A DNA stretch of 64,000 nucleotides, taken from NCBI GenBank assembly GCA_004431415.1, contig QPMI01000436.1, forward strand, positions 434,001-498,000, given 5' to 3'. The stretch comes from Cyanophora paradoxa CCMP329 (lineage: Eukaryota; Plantae; Glaucophyta). This document shows, in pieces, positions 1 to 13,160 of the stretch. The stretch's first letter is position 1. Each line of letters starts with the position of its first letter. A model generated the notes under the pieces. It had not been told where the DNA came from and made no database searches. It saw nothing but the letters and a program-made list of their open reading frames with translations. The position numbers and the translations under genes are program-made.

Positions 1-190
1 CAAATTGCTAAATTGGCTGCCTAACAGACGGAAGAAGAAGAGAACAAAGAGGAGGAGGTGAAGGGCACCCGACATCGCCGGGCGGAAGGAGGAGACAAGC
101 AGAGGGAAAGTTCGCGCGATTTAGGGGATGGTTTCCGCGACAGAATGTTTCTGAGACGGTCCACGTCTCTTGGCGCCAGATCCCGTTCCT

Positions 191-967
<777 letters not shown>

Positions 968-1393
968 CTTGTGATTCCCGTTCGCACCGGCTGAAGCTTC
1001 CCAGCTGACAACGTACTCCAGATTCACGTACCCCCTCCGGCCCATCCCCCCCACGCCCCAACCAGCCCGCCGGCTCCAGCGCAAGCACTTCGCAGTGTGT
1101 TTATTAGACCAGAGGTTGCTGCAGACCTCGGGAACTAGCGCAGCTATCGAGCGGCGGCCTGCGGCGAGTGGCGAGACAGCTGCACGGAGATCCCGAGCGA
1201 AGCGCATACGCGCCGCAAGAGGATTCGCACTGGACGGCGGGCCATGTTCGTCCCGGACGGTCCCGCCTCGCCGCCTGTCGCGCCTTCGGTCACACGCATC
1301 GCTTTTCCACTTCGCAGCTTGGCGTAGTCGCGTAATCGAGCGTCGATCCGGAGCTGCCCATCTTTTGCGCTCCGGAGGGACAACGCCGGCGCG

Positions 1394-4300
1394 ATGGACG
1401 ATCCCTTCGGCCAGAGCGACTCGGTGCGTGCGGAGCGCCGGCGTCCTCCTCGCGTGCCGATCACCCGCGCAGGATCTGCTCTCCGCGGCAAAGCGCTCGC
1501 GCCTCGGCTGGGGTCAGGGGCTGCGGAGGAAGGCGCCAAGCACGAATGAGCTCGGGCCGAGCGACGCGCAGGGGGGCGAGCTAGCGCTCCAGGGGGGCGA
1601 GGCGGCGCCCGCCGAGACCCCGCGCGGCGAAGCGGCCGCGGACGAGCCCGGCGCAAGCCTGTCGGGCGGCGAGGCGGCGGCGGCGGCGCTCAGCGCCCCG
1701 CCTTCCGAGGCGGCCGCGAGCCCGCCTCCGCTCCTGGCAGATGAGGCTGCGCGGCCGGCCGCGAACGATGAGCCGAAGCCACTGGAGGTCAAAGTTGAGC
1801 CGATGGACGAGGCGGGGCAGGGCGATCCGCCGCCGAAGGAGGCAGAGGGCGCGGCGGCGGCGGCGGCGGCGGAGTTCGATCGCATGGAGGTCTCTCCCAG
1901 AGGCGGCGACGGGGCGGACGCGGCGACAGAGCCGGCGTCCGCAGCGGCGGCGGCGGCGGAGGCGGCGGCGGGCGACGGGGAGGCTACCCCAGCGCAGTCT
2001 TCCCCCTCGCCGGCGCCGGCGCCGGCGGAGGAGGATTCCAAGCAGCCGCAGGACCCGATGTACGCCCTGACGGAGCGGTTCCGCCGCGCGGCGGAGACGC
2101 TCCTGTCGGAGAGCGTGCGGCGCTGCCTCTCGCGCGGCGGTGCGCGGCCCCGCCCTCGAGCGACCCGACCCGAGCCATCCGTCTGACCTCTCTGAGCGAT
2201 CTGAGCACTTCGATCCGAGCGCAGTGGCGGAGGCGGGACTGCCGACGAAGGACGAGGTCGTTCAGGCGATCGGTCGCCTCGACGCCGACATCGACCGGAT
2301 CGAGGGGATCGTTCGCCGCATCGAGAGCGCCGACGGGGCGCCCGTTCCCATCGTGCGTCTGCGGCTGTCGCTTCTTCGAGATCGAATCAAATCGGAGCGA
2401 GCCGGGTCCGACTGAGCCGGGCCGGGCCGCCGCCGCGCAGAAGCTGGAAGGGGGAGCCGACGAGCCTGCGGAGGCCGCGGGGCCCGAGCCGGCGGCGCCG
2501 CCCCCGCCGCTCCCGCCCCCGCCGCCGCGGCGGCCGCGGCGGGACCCGCAGGAGATCGCGGCGGAGATCGTGGAGCAGAACCGGTCGCTGGCGGCCGCCG
2601 CGCACGCTTCGCTCTCCGCGCTCCCCGACCCGCGCCTCGCCGACCCGGAGGCGACCGCGGCGCGGATCGCCGCGATCGGGCCCGAGGACCCAGAGCGGAG
2701 GCGCCGCTTTATGGCGGTGCTCTCGGCCCGCGCCGGGGAGGCGTACGACGCGGACCTGCGGCTCCTGAGGAGCTGCGTGAACGCGTACGTGGACTTCGGG
2801 GCGAGGATACGGCGCTACGAGGCGGAGCAGCGAGTGGAGGACAGGAAGAGGAAGGAGTTCGAGCTGCGGAACCTCGAGCGCGAGCAGGTGCGACGCCATC
2901 CCCAGATCAAATCCGATCACTAGCTAGCCGGATCGAATTTGACTTGCGTTCTCACCGCTCTCGCCTCGCCCCGGCCCGCCGGCCCGCCGATCAAATCGGA
3001 TCCGATGGCTAGCCACCCGGATCAAATCAACTCTCCCCGCGGATCGAATTTGGACTTGACTGACCGTCTTCGCCGTCCGCTCCGCCGCGCCCGCAGGAGA
3101 GCAGCGCGGCGGCGTTCAAGAAGCGGGGGCGGGGCAAGGAGGTGGCCCTCGAGGAGCGCCAGCAGCAGCGCGAGCAGGTGCGGCGCGGGCGAAGCTCTTC
3201 GGCTCACTCTTAGCCTCTTTCAAGTCTAAGAAGCCCCATTAGCCTCCTCTTCGATTTGGAGTCTAATAGAAACTTTGCAGCCTAAGCTGTAGAGAACTTC
3301 AGAGCCTCTCAAGAGATCCTAGCGAAGCCTCTGTGAAGAGATGTAGCGACCCGGGGCCCTAATTCTGCTCGCCCCTCGAGTCCTCCCTTCCTTTCCTCGG
3401 CTGATTCTCGGCCGGCGGGGGCGGGGTACAGGCGCAGCTGCTGCGGGAGGAGCTGGCCCTCCTCTGGGGACCCCCCGACGACGACCGGGTCCGCTCAGCC
3501 GCGCTCAGCCCTTTAAAGTCTCACGGCTCTTCTTCTCTCCTTTGCAGGAGCGGTGGGCGCGGAACCTTGCGACGATCCCAAGGATCGAGCGGCCGGGCCC
3601 GAGCGGCGTCCGGGCCCCCTTCTTCGTCCGAGACGACGGCCTCGTGCGCCCGAACCCGGCCCCCGCCCCGGCCCCGCCCGGCCCTAGAGCCCGTATCCCG
3701 ACGTATCCCGCTAGCATTCGCTTAAAGAGCCCTACGCTTAAAGCTAGCATTCGACGTATCCCGCCGCCGCCTGCGCCCCCGCTTCCCCCGGGCCTTCCCC
3801 CCCCCTGCGCCATCCCCGGCCCGCTCCTAGATGTACCCAGCACCTGGACGCACCTGGACCTCTGCTTTGCCATGCCCCTGCCCCTGCCCGGCCCGATCAC
3901 GAGAGCCGGGTCCGGAGCCCGCCAAAGGCCGACTCCGCCCCCCCCCCCCCCCCCCCCCCCCCCCTTTCGTTCGCAGGTGGCGGACCCCGTTGCGGAGGCG
4001 GAGGCCCGCAAGCTCGTCCTCCCCTGGTGCTCTTTCCCCCCCCCCCTTTTTTTCTACCACCGCCCTCTCCCCCCCCCCTCTCCCTTGCCCCTGCCGACCC
4101 CCCGCGCCAGGAGCGCGGAGGAGGAGCAGCTCTTCGTGGAGCACTTCCTCAACTTCCCCAAGGACGTGCGCCCCGCCCCCGCCCCCGCTCCTTCCCATCT
4201 TCCGCGCCCCCGCTAGCTCATCTAGTCCCAATCTAGTGCCCATCAAGTGCTAGCTGCCCCAAGGACGCGTGCGCCGCCCCCAGCCCTGCCATTAGCGCTT

Positions 4301-5277
4301 CGCCCCGCCTCGGCCCGCCCGCCCCACCTTCGCCGTCGCTTCCCACTCCCTTCCCTCCCCCCCGCCCGTCTTCCCAGCCTCAGCGCCCCGTCCTTCCTTC
4401 CCCGCCCCCACCCCCGCCCCGCCCCGCCCCGCCGGCTTCCGCCACCCCGCGCCCCGCGCCCCTTCGCTTTGCGGCTAATACAAGAGTCTCCCCGCCCCGC
4501 GGCGCAGTTTGTGAAGATCTCGAGCCTCCTGCAGGGCTCGGGCCACCCCCGCTCCGTCCAGGTCCGCCCAGAGAGGCTCCAGAGAGAGGACTCGAGAGCG
4601 AGCGAGCTAGAACGTTTTAATGGCTTGCGGTGCTGAGGCTCAGAAGACTCTAGATAGAGCTAGAACGGTCCTAGAACGCGTTGGGCCTGGCTTAGGCTTC
4701 GCCGGCGGCACAGGACTGCGTGCAGTGCTACTACCGGATCAAGATGCGGGAGAAGCTGAAGCAGCGGGTGAAGGCCGCCGAGGCCCGCCGCCAGAAGCCC
4801 AAGGTCCCTCCTACGCTTCTTCTTCTTCTTCTTCCTTCGTTCTCACCTGAGATCAAATCTCAGTTCCGGGGCAACCCGAACCGCGAGCTTCTCTCCCTGG
4901 GCGTCGAGGACGTCAAGCACGTCATCGAGGAGGGCGGCTCCCGCCAGGTGACAGTTCCTCTCTTAAATTCGCCTCGGACGACCGTTCCCCCGAATTCGAT
5001 CTGACTCCGACGGGCCGGGCATGCGCAGGCGCGGCGCGTGGCGGAGGCTGCGAAGCGGCGCGCGGACGCCACCGCCCACTCCTCGGGCGCCTTCCCCTCC
5101 TCCTCTTCCTCGTGGTACCCCACCTCGCCCGCCCCGCCCCTCCCCGCCGCCCCGCCCCTGCCCCCCGCCCCGCCTCTCCCGGCCGCCCTGCCCCTGCCCC
5201 CGGCCCTCGCCCCGGCGGGCTCGGGCTCGGGCGAGGTCCCCCGCAGCAAGATGTCCGTCTCCTCGATGTTAAACTAG
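1394..5277 (+). CDS. SANT-domain nuclear corepressor, POWERDRESS/N-CoR/Snt1-like (multi-exon)
   Basis: N-terminal KRSRLGWGQGL resembles the RLGWG(E/Q)GL motif of plant PWR-type proteins. LPTKDEVVQAIGRLDADIDRIE resembles the N-CoR/PWR coiled segment. SANT domain assembled across exons: W.AEEEQLFVEHFLNFPKD|FVKISSLLQ...RSVQ|DCVQCYYRIK. Ends SKMSVSSMLN* at 5277. Confidence 0.8.
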
Positions 5278-5566
5278 GTTGGTCCCGTAATCTAGTGCTA
5301 GCTAGCTACAATAGTGCGCCTGAAATGAACTGAACGATTTGGATCGCGCTACCTGCCCCACGGCCAGAGCCAGCGCTTGTACCAGGCCCTGGAAGTCTGC
5401 TGCTCGCCCGGGCCCGCCGCGGGCGCCTCAGGCGCCGCCGCCGCCGCAGGCGCCTGCGGTGGAGGGTGCACGTGCGCCCCGTGCACCGCGCCGTGCGCCC
5501 CGAGACTCGTGTCCGGGGGCCTGCGCGGAGCGGCGCGGGGCGGGGTACCGGTCGATATCAGCTACA

Positions 5567-6367
5567 TCAAAAGAGAGCTGAACTTGCGCACCCGTTGGGG
5601 CCCCAGAGTCGCTTCTTCTCCATGCAGAGCTCGCAGTCGCCCTTGCAGTCCTGGTTGAAGACCTCCTTTTTGATCCGCTCCAGCCGCGCGCGCGCCGCCT
5701 CCTCGCGCGCCACCTGCTCCTCCTCCGAGAGCGGCCGCGCGGGGAGGTACTCCCAGATCCAGTGGTCGTGCCCGAAGCGGGGCGGGCGCCCCGGCGCCTC
5801 CGCGTCCTCCGCCGCCCACTCGAACGCCTTCTGCGCCCCGCCCGCCGCCAGCGCGAACGAAGCGGCCATGCTCGGCATCCGCGGGATCCCGCCTGCGCGA
5901 GCGCGGAGTGGATGAGGCCGCGCGCGCGCCCGCGCGCCCCGCGCCCCGAACCGGCAGGCGCACCGAGGAGTCCGCCGAACAAGCCGCCGGCGATCGCCCC
6001 GGAGCCCATCGTCGTCGTGATGTCCCGCCGCCCCGTCGCGAACGCCAGGCCCTCGTAGCACGCTGCGCATGCGGGGCGCGCGAGCGGCGTCGGCGTCGGC
6101 CCGCGAGAGAAGCGCACGGCGCGCCCCGCGCACTGAAGTAGGTCGCAGCTATGATGCCCGTGTTGGCTCCCGTTATCACCGCGTACTGCGGGATGCTCTG
6201 GCCCCGCGCGATAGCCAGCACGACGCCAGCCGCGCTGCCGACCCCCACTGCGCCGCGGTCAGCGAGAGCGCAGCGCGAGGCGGCATGGGAAGCTCACAGC
6301 CGGCAAGCGACCGCGCGCCGATGCGCTCCGCCGGCGTCGCCTGCTCCCGCTCCGCGCCGGCTTCCAT
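5567..6367 (-). CDS. Tim17/Tim22-family-like small membrane protein (multi-exon)
   Basis: Spliced product MEAGAEREQATPAERIGARSLAGLGVGSAAGVVLAIARGQSIPQYAVITGANTGIIAATYFS...YEGLAFATGRRDITTTMGSGAIAGGLFGGLL...; Gly-rich (GxxxG) hydrophobic helices as in Tim17-like proteins. Family assignment is by eye only. Confidence 0.55.
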
Positions 6368-6407
6368 CTTTGCGCAGTATCCCCCCCGGTCGCCTGCAAA
6401 CCTAGCG

Positions 6408-9400
6408 ATGCCGGCCCTCACCGTAGCGGAGATCGTCAAGGTCAGCTTCAAGCGTGCATGCGCATCCGCTACAGCGCTGCGGCTGACAGCTTCCCCGCGC
6501 AGGACGCCCTCGGCAAGAAGGGCGTCGAACTGCTCGACAGCGTCGTGCTCGACTACATCGTTGCGGTGCTCGAAGACCCGGACTCGCACTACGGGTGAGG
6601 CCGCGCTCCGCGGGGCACCCCGCTGATCGCGCCGCCCAAGCTGAGCGCGCCGGCACCGCGCAGGACCGATGGCGGCGACATGTACGATGTTGTGGCTCCA
6701 TTCCTGCTCGACACGGGCGTCACAGCTACGGAGGATGACGCGATGCGGGTCTGTAAGAAGCTGGTCTCTCAGGTTCGCCCTGCCCGGCGGGCGCCCCGCG
6801 CTTCCCGGCGCGTGCGGGGGCTCCATTCTTCGCTGTTAACGAGCCGCGTACGCTCGCGTGCGCCCGCAGCTGACGGAGCACGGGTTCAACAAGGTCCGCT
6901 TGCCCTGGCGGCCTCCATCTCCAGCCGCTCACGCGGGGCCGCTCGATCCGCGCGCGCAGGAACCTGTCGCGGACACCGTGAAGCAGCTCGCGGCTCCAGT
7001 TCGCATTGCGGCGATGGGCGGCGCGAAGGTGCCGCTCGCTCGACAGGACGCGTCGAACCTGGAGCGCTGACGGGAGCGCAGACGACGGGCCTGGAGCTCA
7101 TGCGGCGTGTGGGAGAGGAGGAACTCCGCAGCGACGACGAGGGCGACGGCGGCGATAAGAAGGCGCGCACCCGCCGCCCCGCTCCGCTCCGCGTCGGCAG
7201 GCGCGTCGTTCCTTTCTGAGCGCGGGAGCGCAGGAGGGCAGGGCGCGCACGCGTGAGGAACGACTTGCGAGGAGACAGGCGAATCAGGTGCGGGAAGGAG
7301 GGGAAGGAGCGGCGGGCCCGGCGCGGGCGGGCGGCGCCTGAGCGGCGGGGACGCAGACGGGCGGGGCGGGCACGGTGATCGAGGCGCGTGCGATGAACGT
7401 CGAAGCGCAGCCAGTCAAGGTCCACGCGAAGGGTGCGCTTCGAATTCGATCCGCGCCGCCGGTCGCCGCGGAAGGAAGATTTGATCGCAATTTGATCCGC
7501 CTCCTTCGCTCGCTCGCAGGGAACCAGGCAGCGTCCAAGAACATCCGCATCGACAATTTGACGGTCGCGTTCGGCGGCAACGTCCTCCTGCAGGACTGCT
7601 CCCTGAACATCACGTTCGGCCGCCGGTGCGCCCCGCCCCGCTCCTCCTTCCTTGACCGTTCGCCCTTCCTTAACCGTTCCGACAGGTATGGTATCGTGGG
7701 GCGCAACGGAGTCGGCAAGTCGACTCTCATGCGCGCCGTCGCCAACCGCGAGGCGAGCGCGCCGCACCCCCCTTCCAATCCCCTCCATCTCGGATCTAAC
7801 CACCGCGCCCGCCCTCCCGCCCGCAGGTTGCGGTGCCGAAGCACCTCCAAGTCCTATACATCGAGCAGGAGGTCGCCGGCAACGACATGAGGTGCCTGCG
7901 GCCGCCGGCGCCCCTGGCTGGGATGGATAGATGTCGGAATAAGACGTTGCGCTCCCCCTCTCTCTTTCTCCCTAGTTGACCCCTCCCGCTCCCTCCAGCG
8001 CGTTGGAATGCGTTCTCTCCTGCGACACGGAGCGCGCCGCGCTTCTCGCGGAGGAGAAGAAGCTGCTCGAGCAGGTGAGAAGGAAGGAAGGAAGGAAAAG
8101 AAGAGGAGGGGCTGACTGGCGCGCAGGCGCCCCCGGCGGCGGCGGCGGCGGCGAAGGGCGGGCCGGCGTCGACGGCGGGAGCGAGCGAGTCGAGCGCGGG
8201 GACGGGATCGACAGTCAAGAAGGGGCCCTCTGAGGAAGACAAGGCGAGAGACCCTCCTCCCGATACTCCCCGCGAGCTCAAACAGAACTTAGCTAAATTT
8301 AAAACCTTGGCTCTCCACTCTATTGCTGACCCGCGTCGCCCCGGGGCGCGCGCAGCTCACGGCGCGGCTGCACGAGATCTACGAGCGGCTGCAGGAGATC
8401 TCCGCCGACACCGCCGAGTCCCGGGTCCGCCCAGGCTCTCCCGCCCCCACCCGAGCTCAAGCTAGAGGGGACGAGGCACCGCCCGCCCGCCCCTGCGCGG
8501 CGACCCCTCGCCCTCGGGCTGGGGGGGACAGGCCCCCATGCTAGCTAGCTAGGGGGGGGCCACCGCCCCAGCAGCGCCGCGCCGCCCTCCGCCGCGGACC
8601 GCCCCCCGGCCCGCGCGCCCCCGCCCAGGCTGTCTGTCCCAAATCTAGACACGCCCGCCCGTCCCCGCGGACACGCCTAGCTAGCTAGCTCTGCGCCCCG
8701 CCCTAGCCGGGAGGGGACAGGCCCCCATGCTTTCTAGCTAGGGGGCCACCGCCCAGCAGCCCTCGCCATGCCCGCCTCGCCTGACCTTCCCCTTTCCCCG
8801 GCAGGCGTCGTCGATCCTGGCGGGCCTGCAGTTCACGGCGGAGATGCAGGCCAAGAAGTCGAAGGACTTCTCCGGAGGCTGGCGCATGCGGTGCGCTGGC
8901 TGGCTAGGCTGGGCAGAGGGGCGGCCAGGCCGGAAGGGCGGCTAGGCAGGGCTAGACTCTCCCCCCGGAGGCTGTCCCGCCCTGTCAGCCCTTTCTCCCG
9001 TCGCCCCACCTTTCGCCACGCGAACCCGCCTCGATTCCGATCTGATCTGATTCGATCCGACCCGATCCGATCCTATCTGATCTGGCCCCGGTGCAGCATC
9101 GCGCTGGCGCGGGCGCTCTTCTGCGAGCCCGACGTCCTCCTCCTCGACGAGCCGGTACCCCCCCTCCTCCTCCTTCCCCCCTCCCCCTCCTCTCTGACCC
9201 TCCTCCCCTCTCCCCGCAGACGAACCACCTGGACCTGCACGCGGTGCTGTGGCTGGAGAACTACCTCTCCCGCTGGAAGAACACCCTCATCGTCGTCTCC
9301 CACGGTGCCCCGCCCCGCCCCTCCCTCCCCGCCCTCCTTGTACCCCTAGAGATAGCATAGAGATCCCATACATAGATCGTCGGGGCGATAGATCTCATAT

Positions 9401-12400
9401 CGTAGATCTCTTAGTAACCTCATCGTCGTCTAAGAGAGATAGATAGATCATAGAGCGCTTAGGGGAATAAAGGGCTCCCCCGTCTCCTCGCCCTTTGGCT
9501 TGGCTTTCTTTACTTATATAATTAGCGTGGCTCCCACGGTGCCCCGCCCCGCCCCTCCCGGCCCCTCCCCCATAAAGCGGTAGAAAGCGATAGATCATAG
9601 AGCGGTGCCCCCGCCCCGCACAGCCTGGCTTGCTTTACTTAGCGTGGCTCCCACGGTGCCCCGTGCAGCTCCTCCCATCCGCCCCCTCCCCCGGCCCCCT
9701 AGCGCGCCCCTCCACCCCCTCCGCCCGCCCGCTCATAGAGGCTCGCCCCCCCCTCTTCTCGCCCGCCACTGACTGACTTCCGCCTCCCCCTCTTCCTCCT
9801 CCAGCGCGCGACTTCCTCAACGCGATTACGACGGACATCGTGCACGTCTTCGACAAGAAGCTCACCTCGTACAACGGCAACTACGACCAGTTCGAGAAGA
9901 CACGCTCCGAGCGACTCCTGTGCGTAAAGCGACCATGGCGCCCCAGAAACTAGATATAGGAAGGGCAGTAGGAACACAAGACCTAGAAGCTAGCGTACCA
10001 GGAGGGAACACAAGACCTAGAAAACAACTAGGGATTTCATGCTTTACGCACGTTCCTCACCTTCCTCCCTGCAGGATGCTTCAGCGGCAGGCGGACGCGC
10101 AGGACATGCGCCGCAAGCACATCCAGAAGTTCATCGACAGGTCCGCCGCTTCCTCATCCCTTTGCTTTCGCCCCTCACCCGCCCCCGCCCCTGCCGAGAC
10201 TCGCCGCGCCCCCGCCTCCCCCGCTTAGACCTAGGCCTAGACCTACCCCGCCTCCCCTGCCCTCGCACTCTTTCTCCGATGGCGCTAGATTCCGCGGCAA
10301 AGGCCGGCCCCCTCTGCCCCTGATTCTGACCCCCCCCCCCCCCCCCCCTTCAGGTTCCGGTACAACGCGAAGCGGGCGTCGATGGCCCAATCGCGTATCA
10401 AGCTCCTCCAGAAGATGCAGGACATCTCCGTACCCGAGGACGAGGCGTACGCCCGCTCGCGTACCCCCCCTACCCCTGTACCCCCCGAGCCGAGGCCTGT
10501 ACCCCCCGCAGGGAGTTCCGCTTCGGGTTCCCGCAGCCGGAGCAGCTCCCCTCCTCGCACTCCTCCGTCCAGGTACCCCCCCTTCCTTCTTCCCCCCCCC
10601 CCCCTTCTTGACCCTTGGCGGTGTGCAGGTCATCGACATGTCCTTCGGGTACTCCCCCGACAAGGTCTTTCCGGCCCTTCCCCCACCCTTCACCCCTGTA
10701 CCCCCCTTACCCTCCTTTCGCAGCTGCTGTTCAAGGGCCTCAACTTCAACGTGTCGATGGACTCGCGCATCGCCCTCGTCGGGCCCAACGGCGCCGGCAA
10801 GGTTCGACCCCCGCGCCGCCTGAAGCCAAAGATAGAAGAAAAGAGATGAAGAGAGATTTCGCCCCAAGTCTTATCGCCTCGCGCTCCGCCTGATCCATCT
10901 CATCGCCCCTCATCTCGTCTCTGATGTCCACCGCAGAGTACGCTGCTGAACATCATCGCGGGGAAGCTGAAGCCGCTGGAGGGGCGCGTCGAGATCTCCG
11001 GCAAGCTCCGCTTCGCCCACTTCACCCAGGTGCCCCCGTACCCCCCGCCCCGCCCTAACGCTTAGAGACGCCTCCCCCCCTCCTCCCTCTCCCCCTCTGA
11101 CCCGCCCGCTCCGCTCGCAGCACTCGACGGACAGCCTGGACGTGAAGCTGACGCCGCTGGAGCAGCTCATGGCCCTCTTCCCCGGCGCCAGCCCCCAGGT
11201 GAGAGGGAGGGGGGGGGGAGTAGGAGGGGGGTACAGGATAGGATAGGAATGGGATCGAGGCGAGCCTCTCCTCTCTCTCTTCTCGAGGCCTGCCTAGGCT
11301 CTTGTGGGGGCCCTTCGGGGGAGGAGGCGGGCGGTCGCTCCGCCCGCCCACGAGCCTAGCTCTCACCGTCGCCCGCTCACCGGCCCGTCTCCCGCGCAGC
11401 TGCTGCGGAACCACCTGGGCTCGATGGGCATGTCCGGCGAGCTCGCCATGCGCCCCATGTCTACCCTCTCGGGGGGGCAGGTCCGTCCCTCCGCCCGCCC
11501 GCGCGCTCTAGAATCTAGAATTCTGGCGGAGGTTCAGAACGCGGGACTTCTGTCCTGGCGCTATAAATCTGTCCTGCTCTCGGGCGGGATTAGAAGGTCC
11601 TGGGCGGAGGGCCAGGGCGCTGCAGCGTTGCCCTTGCGCGGGCCTTGCCTAGAATCTAGGTCCTAGAATCTAGAGCGCGCTCTAGAATCAGAAGGCCCTG
11701 GCGGAGGTTCAGAGCGCAGGATTAGGGGCGCTCCAGAGTCGCTCTCGCGCGGGCCTCGCCTCACGGCGCGCCCGCAAGGGCGCAGTAATTTCTGTCCTGG
11801 CGCTATAAATCGCTTCTGTCCTGATGGACGCTCTATATAGAGCTGCTCTCGCGCGGGCCTCGCCTCACGGCGCGCCCTCAGAAATCGCGGGTGGCCTTCG
11901 CGGTGCTCACGTGGACCAAGCCCCACATCCTCCTCCTCGACGAGGTCCGCTGGGGGCGGGGCGGGCGGGGGGCGGAGGCGTAGCGGGGCGGATGCGGAGG
12001 CGTAGCGGGGGCGAAGGCGAAGGGATGCCTACGGGGCCTAGGAGGCCTAGGAGGCCCGGGCCTAGAGGGGATGCCGCGCCCGCCAGAGGCTCCGGGCGTA
12101 GCGGCGTAGAGGCGTAGCGGGCTCCGGGCCGGGGGCTCCACGCCCTCCGTCCCCACACGGACGCCGAGCGCCTGACGCCCCCTCCCCCCCCCCCCCCCAC
12201 CCGCAGCCGACGAACCACCTGGACATCGACACGATCGACGCGCTGATCGAGGCCCTCAACGACTTCGAGGGCGGCGTCCTCCTCGTCTCCCACGACCAGG
12301 TCCACTGATTGATCATATAAGGGCCGAGGAGCTTGAGAGCATGGCAAGCATGATAGTAATAATTATAATAGAAAGAAGCTCTTCCTAGGTTCGGCCTTAC

Positions 12401-12550
12401 CTAATCTAACCCCGACCTGCCCGGCAGCGCCTCATCATGGCGCTGTGCGACGAGATGTGGGCGTGCGAGCACAACCGGTGCAAGCCCTTCCCCGGCGACT
12501 TCGAGCAGTACAAGGCCCGCGTCATGGCCAAGCTCCTCGGCAAGAAGTAG
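6408..12550 (+). CDS. ABCF3: ABC-F family translation ATPase (ABCF3/GCN20-like), many introns
   Basis: Two nucleotide-binding domains and no TM domain: [89 protein letters not shown]...[28 protein letters not shown]20-like N-terminal extension. TAG at 12548-12550. Confidence 0.92.
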
Positions 12551-13160
12551 CTATAGGGGCCTAGCTCTCGGCAGCTCTCGGCAGCTAGCCGTATTATTTC
12601 AGCCAACTTCTGCATCCCATCTCGGGACTGTCCAGCGGCTGTCTTGGTAGCCGCGGCCGGATTTGGCCGCAGCTAGCCGCGGCCGCAGCCAGCGCTAGCT
12701 ACGCGTACGTACAGCGCTCCCCTTAAGCTTCAAGGCTTTCCTTCTTCAGCTGAAAGTCAGTTGGGGTCACGCCTAGCTATAGCTAGCTATAAATCCGATA
12801 TCGATGCATGCATATATATGCACGTATGTAGTCAGCCGGCGCCTGCATGCATGCGCAGTACGTACGTACGTCAGCGTACACTTGCAGCTTGGGTACGCGA
12901 TATGTTGGGAAAACTCGTGTGTACCCCGCACACAATCCAACCCAGCGCCAATTGCAACAAGGCTTCGTCGGGCCTGGCTTTCCAGCCGCAGCCTTCGTCT
13001 GGCCTGGCTTGAGAAACGACTTGCGCATGCTATTGCAGCCTTCGCCCGCCCTGGGGAACGACTCGGCCGGCACGCGAAACGACCGCGCAGCTTGCAGCAA
13101 GGTGTGCTGTCAAGGTGCTCGCTGGCTGCAGTTGTAGCGCGCAGGGTCGCCAGCAGGGCG

